Shown here piece after piece: positions 51,494-60,062 of a stretch of DNA of 64,000 nt. Every line of letters begins with the position of its first letter. Position 1 is the stretch's first letter. Source of the DNA: Parcubacteria group bacterium (lineage in GTDB: Bacteria; Patescibacteriota; Minisyncoccia; Minisyncoccales; UBA10102); NCBI GenBank assembly GCA_016203945.1, contig JACQLT010000002.1:157189-221188 (forward strand). The letters are read 5' to 3'. The notes beneath the pieces were generated by a model. That model made no database searches and was not told where the DNA came from. It was given only the letters and a program-made list of their open reading frames with translations. The translations under genes were made by a program, and so were the position numbers.

Positions 51494-53283
51494 CCCCGGT
51501 CTTCTGCGGCGCGCTTCGCAGTTTCCCGCGCCAGGAGTTCTTTGGGAGACGTGGTGACAATCTCGTGTTCCGTTGGAGAGGCCACCACCTTAATGGCCAC
51601 GTGTTTTTGTCCCGCAAAAAAGATTCCTTCCCCCAGCCCGGTCTCCAAGAGCAGCTGCTTTTCCGCTTCGGTAAGATTGAATGCTTTTTGTACAACATCA
51701 ATGGTTGCAGGGCTTTGCTTGAGTAGAAGCTGCAAAGATGAGTTCGTGATAATCGGCCTGCCATAATCGGATCGCATAAAGTCACCAACATCTTGGGTGA
51801 TGGTGGTCACGCCCAGGTAGTACTTCCTGGAGCGTTTCGCGATACCGTACAGAAAAGATGCTCCGTCTTCTGACTGCATAATCCACCAGGCCTCGTCCAC
51901 CACGAGAATTCTTTTTTTAAGCACAGACCTCACTACGCTCCAGATGTAGCGCATGATGATGTACATTGCGAGGGGCCGCAAACCCTCTTCCATGTTGCGG
52001 ATACCGAAAGAGACCAGGTTGGTGGTAAGAGAAATATTAGAATGCTGGTTGAAGAAGTTGGCGTAGGTTCCCTTGGTGAACTTTTGGAGTCTGCGCACCA
52101 GAGACTCCGCGCCCTCCATGGTAAGGAGCACTTCTTCTAAATCCTGCATTAAGGGGATGTTCGCCTGCCAGTTCTTGGGGTCTGAAGTTACCGTAATGTC
52201 TTTTGCGGCATAGGTTTCCGTAACGGCTCTGTCCATAATAGAATCTTCTTCGGGAGTGAGCCCGCCCAGCATGAGGCGCATGAGGCCTACGAGGTTGATG
52301 ACGTTGGATCGCAGGACGTCGTCTGGCCGCTCATCTTCTCTTGGGAGCGGCAAGTCAAAGGGATTGATGTGGTTTTCAGATCCCAGAGAAATATCAAAGA
52401 ATGATCCTCCAGCGGCTTCGCAAAGCGGCTTGTATTCATTTTCAGGGTCTAACACGACGACGTCTACGCCCGTCATGAGCGACCTGAGAATCTCCAATTT
52501 TACTGCGTAGGATTTTCCAGAGCCCGACTTTGCGAATATGACCTCGTTGGCGTTTTCCAAAGAGAACCGGTCAAAAAGAATAAGAGAATTGTTGTGCCGG
52601 TTGATTCCATAGAGAATACCCTCGTTGGAGCTCAAGTCGAAAGACAGGAACGGAAAGAGCGAAGACAGGGGGCCGGTATTCATTGTGGTATGGGATTGGA
52701 GAAGGTCTTTCCCGTACGGGAGGCTGGAATTGAACCCCTCTTTCTGGCGATAGAGCGCCGGCTTCATATAGATGAGGCGCGACTCAAAAATGGAACGCAG
52801 TTCCGTCTTAATCCTCAACAACTCCTCTTGTGTTTCCCCGTATATGTTCAGGTATACGCCAACCTTGAACATCCTTTCCTGGGCCGTTTGCAGAGCATCC
52901 CGCAGGTTCTCAAGATCTGCGAATGCGGTTTCAAGAGAAGGATCTCGCACAAGGCCTCTTTCGGATTTCTCCATAAGCTCTGACTCAACCTCGGTAACTT
53001 TTCTGCGCAGCCGTTTGAGCACCAAGCCAGTGTCCACCGGATGGGCGAATAAGGCAACATCCATCGGAACCCCCATGTTAATGACCGGAGCTAACCAAGC
53101 TGAAGTGAGATACCGAGGGTAGGAGAAGATGAACATGGAAGTCGCCAGGCGTCCTGCCATGTCCAAATACTCGGAATCCACTTTCACCGTGGCCGGAGCT
53201 ATGATATCTTTTGCGGTTAGGGTGTCCCTCTCAAAGAGCTTTTCGGAGACCGCCCCTGTTTTTTTTCCGAATAATGAAGCCAT
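51490..53283 (-). CDS. VirB4/TraC/PrgJ-like type IV secretion ATPase (middle plus ATPase part)
   Basis: 597 aa. Contains IIAPATVKVDSEYLDMAGRLATSMFIFSYPRYL, Walker A FAKSGSGKSY, Walker B ILVVDEAWW and TTITQD. Confidence 0.85.
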   Translation of the reverse strand: MASLFGKKTGAVSEKLFERDTLTAKDIIAPATVKVDSEYLDMAGRLATSMFIFSYPRYLTSAWLAPVINMGVPMDVALFAHPVDTGLVLKRLRRKVTEVESELMEKSERGLVRDPSLETAFADLENLRDALQTAQERMFKVGVYLNIYGETQEELLRIKTELRSIFESRLIYMKPALYRQKEGFNSSLPYGKDLLQSHTTMNTGPLSSLFPFLSFDLSSNEGILYGINRHNNSLILFDRFSLENANEVIFAKSGSGKSYAVKLEILRSLMTGVDVVVLDPENEYKPLCEAAGGSFFDISLGSENHINPFDLPLPREDERPDDVLRSNVINLVGLMRLMLGGLTPEEDSIMDRAVTETYAAKDITVTSDPKNWQANIPLMQDLEEVLLTMEGAESLVRRLQKFTKGTYANFFNQHSNISLTTNLVSFGIRNMEEGLRPLAMYIIMRYIWSVVRSVLKKRILVVDEAWWIMQSEDGASFLYGIAKRSRKYYLGVTTITQDVGDFMRSDYGRPIITNSSLQLLLKQSPATIDVVQKAFNLTEAEKQLLLETGLGEGIFFAGQKHVAIKVVASPTEHEIVTTSPKELLARETAKRAAEDRG

Positions 53284-53288
53284 GTGCG

Positions 53289-53921
53289 TTACCGGATGAT
53301 TTCCGGAGGAATCTCAGGATAGTAGCCGACTTCTGCTTCTTTTGGGTGATGCCACCCCCAAAACAATTCTATAAGTTCTTCTGAGTTCAAAGGAGCCACT
53401 TTTAGGCCCATGCGTCTCAATCCGAGCGCCACGAATTCCATGCGCTGCCAGAGCTGCGTCTTCATGCGCTGCAAGTCGTCATCGGAAAGCCCCCCCACAA
53501 TCCTCGGCATGCGCTTCCGGTCGTCAAGCGGCAGGGTTTCTACGAGAGAAAACGGCACGACTACAAAGAAATTCTTGGTCATAATGGCAGACCCCGCAAT
53601 GAGGCGCTCCACGAACGCATGGTAGTCCTTGGTGAGCCCCTTCAGCAGTTCATTCTTCTGATTTACCTCCAGCTCCTTGAGCTGGTCTAAGTAGCCGGTA
53701 AGGTTAAGCCTGCGGGATTGGACGACGATCTGCATCGAAAAATCCAGCGAGTTCAAGAGGGACTGGAACTGGGCAATAGTCGCATCCTGTTCTTCGCCCG
53801 ACTTCAGGGCGAAATTCTGTGAAGAAACAAGCATGACGCCGCGCACGGTGCGGTCTTTGAGCACCGCCATTCCCTCTCGGATCTCGTCTAGCTCAAGGAA
53901 TTCTTGTGTCGTGGCAGCCAT
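53289..53921 (-). CDS. VirB4 N-terminal-domain-like protein (separate ORF)
   Basis: 210 aa. FLELDEIREGMAVLKDRTVRGVMLVSSQNFALKSGEEQDATIAQFQSLLNSLDFSMQIVV resembles the N-terminus of Gram-positive-type VirB4 proteins. 210 + 597 aa is about the length of a full VirB4. Confidence 0.5.
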   Translation of the reverse strand: MAATTQEFLELDEIREGMAVLKDRTVRGVMLVSSQNFALKSGEEQDATIAQFQSLLNSLDFSMQIVVQSRRLNLTGYLDQLKELEVNQKNELLKGLTKDYHAFVERLIAGSAIMTKNFFVVVPFSLVETLPLDDRKRMPRIVGGLSDDDLQRMKTQLWQRMEFVALGLRRMGLKVAPLNSEELIELFWGWHHPKEAEVGYYPEIPPEIIR

Positions 53922-53924
53922 TGT

Positions 53925-54326
53925 TTAAGATTCAATTTTTGTTGAGAGTTTGCTAATCTTACTTTCTTTAGAAAGCGTAATCTGGGTTGTGCGGGGTTCG
54001 GGCGCAGCTTCCGGGGCAGCAGCGCGAGCTGGCGCGCTGGCGAATACGCGCTTCTTTTTCCAGTAGTAGATCTTGCCCCCCATCTGGAAACTCAAGAAAT
54101 CTATGAATACAGCCGGAAGCGATTTCCCCCCAATCTGCACAAAGGCGGTGAGAAATCCAAATGCCGCAAGGCCGAGGCTTGCTACCGCAAAGACAAGCAG
54201 AGGCGCAAAGAAGTACAGAATAAAGGCGGCTCCGCCCGCGACCGCAAGAAAAGCGAATTGGCGGAAGGTGAGTGGCCCCACCACCAGCGCCTCTCGTTCA
54301 ATAAATTGGGGAACTTGGAACTGCAT
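53925..54326 (-). CDS. PrgI/VirB3-like small membrane protein
   Basis: From ATG 54326 it reads MQFQVPQFIEREALVVGPLTFRQFAFLAVAGGAAFILYF, followed by a second TM segment. This resembles PrgI-family N-termini. Confidence 0.6.
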   Translation of the reverse strand: MQFQVPQFIEREALVVGPLTFRQFAFLAVAGGAAFILYFFAPLLVFAVASLGLAAFGFLTAFVQIGGKSLPAVFIDFLSFQMGGKIYYWKKKRVFASAPARAAAPEAAPEPRTTQITLSKESKISKLSTKIES

Positions 54327-54339
54327 GATGTTTTTTACA

Positions 54340-54771
54340 TTATCTCGGAGCGCAGGGGATGCTGAAGATCCCGCCCCCAAGCCCGGTCCACTCCTGCACG
54401 CCAATGGCAACAAAGAACAGGTTAATGACGAGCCACGAGGCATAGACAATGAGCAGCCCGAACATAACGCTTTTCAAAATGTCCCTGCCGCGCTGTATGT
54501 TTGCGGGACTTCCCTGCGAGAACAGAAAATACGCTCCCCCGACAACCACCATGAGGACAGCCACGGCAGGCACGAAGGTGAATAAGATGAAGTCCAGAAT
54601 GCGATCGACAAGGAGAAAGATGTGGCAAAATTGGCAGCCCTCTGTTTTTGCGTCGTATATGCCGTCTCCATCTATATCGTATCCGCAAGGCACCAGCCCC
54701 TGGGCAAGGGCAAAAGGAGCTGCGGAGAGCAGCAGGAGAAAGACGGCGACGAAAAGACATGCTCTTTTCAT
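54340..54771 (-). CDS. T4SS pilin-like protein (VirB2/TrbC analogue of the CPR type)
   Basis: It has a signal peptide ending ALAQG, then LVPCG...CQFC and two TM helices with GG...SQGSPANIQRGRDIL between them. This matches the 'T4SS pilin' family pattern as I recall it. Confidence 0.65.
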   Translation of the reverse strand: MKRACLFVAVFLLLLSAAPFALAQGLVPCGYDIDGDGIYDAKTEGCQFCHIFLLVDRILDFILFTFVPAVAVLMVVVGGAYFLFSQGSPANIQRGRDILKSVMFGLLIVYASWLVINLFFVAIGVQEWTGLGGGIFSIPCAPR

Positions 54772-54774
54772 TTT

Positions 54775-55224
54775 TTATTCAAACGATTCCCGATACGTAT
54801 CTTCTTTCTTTGGAGTGGCAGGAGATGGCGCTTCTTGCGCGAAAGCCGCAGCTGCGGGCGCCGCCTTCTTTACCTGGGGAGCAGCCGAGTTAGCTGCCTC
54901 TGTTATGTTATGAAGCTGGCGCAAGCTTTCTTTCACAGGAAAGAAGACGAACCTGGTGATATCTCTTGCGATATTCGCAGCCGCGTCTTTTTTAAGCCCC
55001 ACTTCTTTTTCCAGGGTTTTTTGGAAGTCCTCTGGAAGTAAAATGCCCATGAGCACTTGTCCCGTAAGCTCCGCAACCCTATTCCCCCGCTCGTCAGTCA
55101 CGCCCTGCGACAGGCGTGCGTTATAAATCGCATCCGCGGTTTCCACGGAAAAGATCGCCTCTTGCAGCTCATCGGGAAGCTTTTCAAATATCTGATTAAA
55201 CTGTTCTTGAGTATACTGTGGCAT
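54775..55224 (-). CDS. Hypothetical soluble protein (149 aa) heading the pilin-VirB3-VirB4 unit
   Basis: A clean ORF with no TM segment and an Ala/Pro-rich C-terminus. I recognise no motif. Confidence 0.45.
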   Translation of the reverse strand: MPQYTQEQFNQIFEKLPDELQEAIFSVETADAIYNARLSQGVTDERGNRVAELTGQVLMGILLPEDFQKTLEKEVGLKKDAAANIARDITRFVFFPVKESLRQLHNITEAANSAAPQVKKAAPAAAAFAQEAPSPATPKKEDTYRESFE

Positions 55225-55230
55225 AGATAT

Positions 55231-55239
55231 AGTTTATCA
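55231..55239 (-). promoter_or_regulatory. Putative extended -10 (TGaTAAACT) 6 nt upstream of ATG 55224
   Basis: The minus strand reads TGATAAACTatatctATG. No SD is present. Confidence 0.35.
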
Positions 55240-55284
55240 CCGCGAAAGAATACCACAAGCCTGCCTGCCGCAGGCAGGCGCCAC

Positions 55285-55313
55285 TTGACACAGCCACTTT
55301 TTTGTTGTAGTAT
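55285..55313 (+). promoter_or_regulatory. Sigma-70-like promoter (TTGACA-N17-TAGTAT) for the SPFH cassette
   Basis: TTGACA is at 55285-55290, followed by a 17-nt spacer and TAGTAT at 55308-55313. A GC-rich palindrome GCCTGCCtgccgcaGGCAGGC (55259-55279) precedes it. A ~60-nt leader with AAAGGAGG follows. Confidence 0.45.
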
Positions 55314-55373
55314 TGCTCCAGAAAAACTGAACCTTAAGAACAAAAAGAAAGCAGGCCAGAAAGGAGGTCGCGC

Positions 55374-55592
55374 ATGCCTAAGCTTTCAATGGAGCAGGTC
55401 GTTTGGATCGAGCTCATCGCAATCTGGGCCGTGATCGGCCTCCTGGTGGGCATCATGCTTTGGGAGCGGCTAAGGGAGTTTATTCGGAAGATGTTCCGCT
55501 CCCCAATATCTTCAGCAACGCTCCGGGGCAAGAGGAAAACGTTGCGGGGCCGCCCCGCATACGAAGGGAAATCGAAATCGGTACCCCAATAA
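55374..55592 (+). CDS. Small single-TM protein (72 aa) preceding the SPFH gene
   Basis: It has a strong SD (AAAGGAGGtcgcgcATG), one hydrophobic helix (VVWIELIAIWAVIGLLVGIMLW) and a basic tail. Its position is analogous to NfeD-type partners of SPFH genes, but it is much shorter. Confidence 0.5.
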   Translation: MPKLSMEQVVWIELIAIWAVIGLLVGIMLWERLREFIRKMFRSPISSATLRGKRKTLRGRPAYEGKSKSVPQ

Positions 55593-55610
55593 AAGAAAGG
55601 AAGGTGTAGT

Positions 55611-56684
55611 ATGCAGTGGGCGGTGCTTGCAGGCGCTACGCCAGTTGTTCTGGGAATCGCATGTTTCCTGCTCGTGTGGTTCGTGCTCGCTCCCCGGAAT
55701 CTGTTCTTCACGTTCGTTTCTGAGGGCACAGCAAAGATCGTCGTGAAGGCAGACCAATTTTCCAGGTGCCTCATCCAGTGGAAGGGGTATACCCTGGATG
55801 AAAACGGGAATGTGGTGTCGGGCAAAGACGGCTTCCACCCGTTTGGAGGCCTGCGGTTCGTAGGCATCTGGCCGATTTGGGACATCTTCGTTTACCTTCT
55901 GCGCTGGAATGACGTTCACAGGGCAGAAGAGCGAAACGGGAGGATAGAAGAAGTCAGGTTCCACGCCAAGTGGCTGGACTATATCCTTCTTCGCCCGGAC
56001 GTCTACTGGACAAAGCTCACGGGAGCAGAGACCACACCAGGGACAGCGGAAACGCCAGAGGCCCAAGAGCGCATCCCACTGGACGTGGAGTTTAACATCA
56101 CCATGCAGGTGATAAATCCGTACAAGGTAATGTTCGTAGCTCCCCCAAACTGGGTGGAAAATGTCCTCGTGCGGCTTGACGCGGTCCTTCGAGGATTTGT
56201 CGCCACCCACACCCTCGACGAGCTACTTGCTATGAGGGGAGGCGGCGGCGAACAAGCTGAAATAGTGACCTGGAACGAACTCGGTGCACATCCGTTCATC
56301 CAAGAAACCCTCGGGGAATGGGGCATTTCCATTCCTGAAAACGGGATTCAGATGAAGAACATCGGGATCCCGGCCGACATCCAGCAGGCCGCTCAAGCAA
56401 GGCGCACGGAGCAGTTAAGGGCCGAAGGCGAGCGGCAGAGGGTGCAGATCGGCGCCTCAGCAGAGGCGCAGAGAATCCACACGACCTATGGCGCCGTAGA
56501 ACAACACGCCTCAGGCATGCTTATTCGGACTCTTGAGGCTGTCGAGAAGAGCCCATTGCCGGCAGCCTTGGCTGTCCAGGTCATCCCAGGTCTTTCAGAT
56601 GTCCTTCGGGGCGTGCTCGAAAGGCCTGCAGCCGCAGTTGCTGCCGCTCCGGCAACAGATCAGGATCAGCCTGCTGCTCAGTAG
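55611..56684 (+). CDS. SPFH/band-7 (stomatin-prohibitin-flotillin-HflKC) domain membrane protein
   Basis: It has an N-terminal TM segment, then VSEGTAKIVVK...IPLDVEFNITMQVINPYKVMF...LDAVLRGFVATHTLDELL...GISIPENGIQMKNIGIPADIQQAAQARRTEQLRAEGERQ. This is the typical SPFH core plus a coiled coil, with an insertion. Confidence 0.6.
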   Translation: MQWAVLAGATPVVLGIACFLLVWFVLAPRNLFFTFVSEGTAKIVVKADQFSRCLIQWKGYTLDENGNVVSGKDGFHPFGGLRFVGIWPIWDIFVYLLRWNDVHRAEERNGRIEEVRFHAKWLDYILLRPDVYWTKLTGAETTPGTAETPEAQERIPLDVEFNITMQVINPYKVMFVAPPNWVENVLVRLDAVLRGFVATHTLDELLAMRGGGGEQAEIVTWNELGAHPFIQETLGEWGISIPENGIQMKNIGIPADIQQAAQARRTEQLRAEGERQRVQIGASAEAQRIHTTYGAVEQHASGMLIRTLEAVEKSPLPAALAVQVIPGLSDVLRGVLERPAAAVAAAPATDQDQPAAQ

Positions 56685-56698
56685 CAGCGGCAAAGCAC

Positions 56699-56729
56699 AA
56701 AGGGGGTTTGCGAAAGCAGCCCCCTTTTT
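56699..56729 (+). terminator. Rho-independent terminator after the SPFH gene
   Basis: AAAGGGGGtttgcgaaagcagCCCCCTTT followed by TTATTATT. Confidence 0.55.
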
Positions 56730-56733
56730 ATTA

Positions 56734-59145
56734 TTACGCCAGAGAGCCAGGCCTTCCCCGAGGAAGTTTTTCTTGTCCGCCCTCTTTAGAAGATCCTGTT
56801 GCTCCTGGTCTTCCCCGAGGAGTCCGTTCCGGGCCGCCTTCTCCCGGAGGTGGCGGAGTTGTTGAAGGGGGCGTTGCAGAAGCTCCGCTGGCTCGGGAAC
56901 GAGCGAGCTTCTCTTGCGTGCGCGTTTGGTCTTCTTCTAGTTCTCGAATTTTTTGCAAGCTTTCCGGGGAAAGGTCTACGGCTCCTCCTGGCCGACGCCC
57001 CCTTTCTTGTACAAGTTCTTTTTGTATGTCGTCGAGACGGCGCTCTAATCCCCGAATGTCTGCGGAACCAGGAACCCGATATCGTTCAATAATTTTTTCA
57101 GCGTCGTCTTGTGTGAGCCCTTTTCCTGTTTCAGGGTCTATATATGTAAAACCAAGATTGTGGGCGCCGGTACTCGAAACCCACTTCAACACATCTGGTG
57201 CGTTTTTCCCTAGCCAATCTTTATCAAGACTGCATATGTGATTAGTGATTGCTGTTCGTTCTGCTTGTTCTCGCCTGCGAACCATTGGGCCGATAAATTC
57301 CGCTCCGCGCTCTATGAGCATCGAGTTAATAAATGCCGCGCCCGCTGGAGTGCTGGGATCATAGTTGCTCGGCGCATTCTCGTCGCCTTTTAAGTCTTCG
57401 GGCGTCATGCGGGCGGGAATCTTTGCTTTCATCCTCTCAAAATATTCTGCGTCAGAGCCCTTTCTTGAGAGAGCCCCCTCCGTGAACTTTACGCGCCCGG
57501 CATCGTCTTTTGCAAACTTGCCTTCAGCATCTCTTTCTAGGTCGTCGCTTCCGACATTGAAGCCCCATTTCGCTGGGTTAGTCATGATTTGTCCATAGAA
57601 TGCCTTGAAAAGCGGACGCTCGCCATGGGGACCTATCCTGTCTCTCCCCAGTTTTATCAATTCTCCGATCTTTGCTTCTTTTCCTACCAACACCCCGTTT
57701 TTTTCAGGATCAAAAGCATCTTCAATATCATCTGCGTCTCCGCGGTTCCTTACTCCGGTCAGCAATCCCAAAATACGATTTTTATTTGGGACGGGCTTTA
57801 AGAGCTCGGCATTAACAGTAGCGAACACGTCTCGGGAGTCTCCCATCTTAGCGGTTTCTTTTACCGCCCTATCAAACGCAGCATAATCCCTAAAGTTAAC
57901 CTGCTTGGAAAGTTCTCGCGCCCCGGCCTCTGTGACCCCCCAGCCTTTTCGCAAAGCCATTCCCGCAATAGTTGCCGGAATTCCGACTGCCCTGCCGGCC
58001 CCCCGTTTTTCAGCTCCCCATTGCTGCAATCCGCTTGCGAGCGATGTCATTTTTGTTGCAACTCCCGTAGCTTTGTTCCCGTACCTTCTCCAAAAAGCAG
58101 TACCCGCGGTTGCCCCGCCCCACTTGAGACCTTTCATGGCAAACGCCTTTGTGGCGGTGGCACCCATGGCGCCGCTTGTCTGCAAGGCGACAAAAAATCC
58201 CACCAAGAGCATGGCGAGCGCAATGCTGTAGGGTACGGTATCGTTGAGTATGCCGGCGACAAAGCCGTAAACCCCACCGCCCGAGGGCACTGACGCAGCA
58301 ATCTCCCCCCGCGCCGCGAGGCTAATGATATGATCTCCCAGCCACAAGAAGAATGCGGCGAATATTCCAATGATAGACCATTGGAAGAATTGGTTCCACC
58401 ACCAATTGAACAAGCCCCGCGTTCGCGGAAGGATAAAAGCAGCGAACGCGATGGGGGAAAGAATAACCAAAATCCAAATAGCAATCCTCCTCACTATAAA
58501 GAGCGCGGCAAAAAGCATGAAAATAATGGCGGCGAAAACCTGAAAAGCCATGACGGCGAGCAATTGAAATATAAGAGAGATGTCGAAGATATTGCTATTG
58601 CCCGAAACAATATTGGTAAGATTTGTTAGAAGGTTCGTAACCAATCCGATGCCCGCCAATCCTTCCAGGAAAAAATTCATAAAGATGTTGGCGGTATCAA
58701 CAATGAATCCGGTAATGACCGGGGTGAAGTTGATAAGAAGGGCTACTCCAATAAGCCGAGGCAGGGTTTTCTTTGCCTCGTATTGCCCAAGGCGCAGGGC
58801 GGTTGCCAGCCCAATAATGATTAAAAAGAACACGATAAGCATGTTCGCAAAATCGCGAACAACAGTCCACCCGGTCTCAACAATGGGACCCGTGGTATAC
58901 GGAACCCGAATAAAAGAAGGATCAGTCGCAAGGCCAAGAATGATTCCTGCTATGGTGGCAGCGGCGGTTGTAAGGAAAAGCCCCGCAAGTAAAAATTGAC
59001 CGATAACCAAAACCGCAATCGCATTTGCAATGCCGCCTAAAAATCCACCAAATTGCGCCTGCGCAACGTTTGGAGAAAGGGCGATTCCCATCGAGGCAAA
59101 AAGAACAATCGCCAGCACTCCGCGTTTCCAGGCAAAAAATCTCAT
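56734..59145 (-). CDS. VirB6/TrbL-like polytopic membrane protein with a large C-terminal soluble domain
   Basis: It has a signal/TM start (MRFFAWKRGVLAIVLFASMGIALSPNVAQAQ). Many hydrophobic helices fill the first ~400 aa, including a WWWNQFFQW segment. A hydrophilic region of about 400 aa follows, ending in a Pro/Gly/Arg tail with PRGRPG twice. Confidence 0.6.
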   Translation of the reverse strand: MRFFAWKRGVLAIVLFASMGIALSPNVAQAQFGGFLGGIANAIAVLVIGQFLLAGLFLTTAAATIAGIILGLATDPSFIRVPYTTGPIVETGWTVVRDFANMLIVFFLIIIGLATALRLGQYEAKKTLPRLIGVALLINFTPVITGFIVDTANIFMNFFLEGLAGIGLVTNLLTNLTNIVSGNSNIFDISLIFQLLAVMAFQVFAAIIFMLFAALFIVRRIAIWILVILSPIAFAAFILPRTRGLFNWWWNQFFQWSIIGIFAAFFLWLGDHIISLAARGEIAASVPSGGGVYGFVAGILNDTVPYSIALAMLLVGFFVALQTSGAMGATATKAFAMKGLKWGGATAGTAFWRRYGNKATGVATKMTSLASGLQQWGAEKRGAGRAVGIPATIAGMALRKGWGVTEAGARELSKQVNFRDYAAFDRAVKETAKMGDSRDVFATVNAELLKPVPNKNRILGLLTGVRNRGDADDIEDAFDPEKNGVLVGKEAKIGELIKLGRDRIGPHGERPLFKAFYGQIMTNPAKWGFNVGSDDLERDAEGKFAKDDAGRVKFTEGALSRKGSDAEYFERMKAKIPARMTPEDLKGDENAPSNYDPSTPAGAAFINSMLIERGAEFIGPMVRRREQAERTAITNHICSLDKDWLGKNAPDVLKWVSSTGAHNLGFTYIDPETGKGLTQDDAEKIIERYRVPGSADIRGLERRLDDIQKELVQERGRRPGGAVDLSPESLQKIRELEEDQTRTQEKLARSRASGASATPPSTTPPPPGEGGPERTPRGRPGATGSSKEGGQEKLPRGRPGSLA

Positions 59146-59151
59146 TACATT

Positions 59152-59160
59152 ATTGTACCA
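59152..59160 (-). promoter_or_regulatory. Putative extended -10 (TGgTACAAT) 6 nt upstream of ATG 59145
   Basis: The minus strand reads TGGTACAATaatgtaATG. No SD is present. Confidence 0.4.
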
Positions 59161-59317
59161 CCGCCAAAAGCCTGCGCAACAAGACGCCCCGCTCAATCAG
59201 GCGCAGAGGGGGTCGGGTTGACAAGTCCAGGGGAAAATTAGATACTATATCCAGACATCCGCCACAGTGGTGGATTTGACATCTCAATAGCACACAAGTT
59301 CCAGAAGGAGGAACACG

Positions 59318-59995
59318 ATGGACAGAAGGCATACGGTGGGAAAGGGGGTCAGCCAACAGCCGACGCTGACCATCCCTACGCCATCCAAGAGATTGATCAT
59401 CGGGATCGGGCTCGCAATCATCCTGATCGCGGCGATGGCGCTAATTGCGGTGACCATCGCGCTCACCACATCGTCGCCCGCAACCGACACAGCAGCCGTG
59501 GCCAACGTTCAGGAGCCGGCCGTTGCCAACACCGACCAGCAGGTCTCGCCAAATGGCGTTCAGGCACAGACGAGCGAGCCGACCGGCGACTTCACCCGTC
59601 CGGCAGACGCCGTCCGCATCGGCGAGTTCCTGATCACGGTGAACTCGGTGAGTACGCCGTCGGGCATCAACCCGCCGGAAGCCCACCTGAAGTACGTGGT
59701 CATCGAGCTCTCAGTGCAGAACGTCGGCACAAGCTCGAGTACGATTCGTGACATCGACGACTTCACGCTGTTTGATAGCGATGGGGTCAGGGCTAGCGCG
59801 CTGGTTGGAGGCGATGCGGAATCTGACGCCCTAGGAGAGCTTGGCAAGCGACTCCGTGGAGAATATCCGCGGGTTGAGCCTGGGCAGACCCTTGGCAGAG
59901 TCATGGTATTCAAGATCCTGAAGGATACCAAGCCCGCGCGTCTCGAGTTCTCGAGTCTCGACACCGGAGCCAGCGGCACTATTCCGCTCAAGTAG
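59318..59995 (+). CDS. Membrane-anchored DUF4352-like (Ig-fold) protein
   Basis: It has a strong SD (GAAGGAGGaacacgATG), one TM segment (LIIGIGLAIILIAAMALIAVTIAL) and a low-complexity linker. Then comes FLITVNSV...KYVVIELSVQNVGTSSSTI..DDFTLFDSDGV...VEPGQTLGRVMVF. Two TTGACA boxes lie upstream (about 59219 and 59276). Confidence 0.55.
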   Translation: MDRRHTVGKGVSQQPTLTIPTPSKRLIIGIGLAIILIAAMALIAVTIALTTSSPATDTAAVANVQEPAVANTDQQVSPNGVQAQTSEPTGDFTRPADAVRIGEFLITVNSVSTPSGINPPEAHLKYVVIELSVQNVGTSSSTIRDIDDFTLFDSDGVRASALVGGDAESDALGELGKRLRGEYPRVEPGQTLGRVMVFKILKDTKPARLEFSSLDTGASGTIPLK

Positions 59996-60016
59996 TCTGC
60001 CCAGGGCGGATACATA

Positions 60017-60050
60017 AGGGCGTTCTCACATGAACGCCCTCCTTTTTATT
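60017..60050 (+). terminator. Rho-independent terminator after the DUF4352-like gene
   Basis: AGGGCGTTCtcacatGAACGCCCT followed by CCTTTTTATTT. Confidence 0.55.
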
Positions 60051-60062
60051 TCAGTTTTTTGG

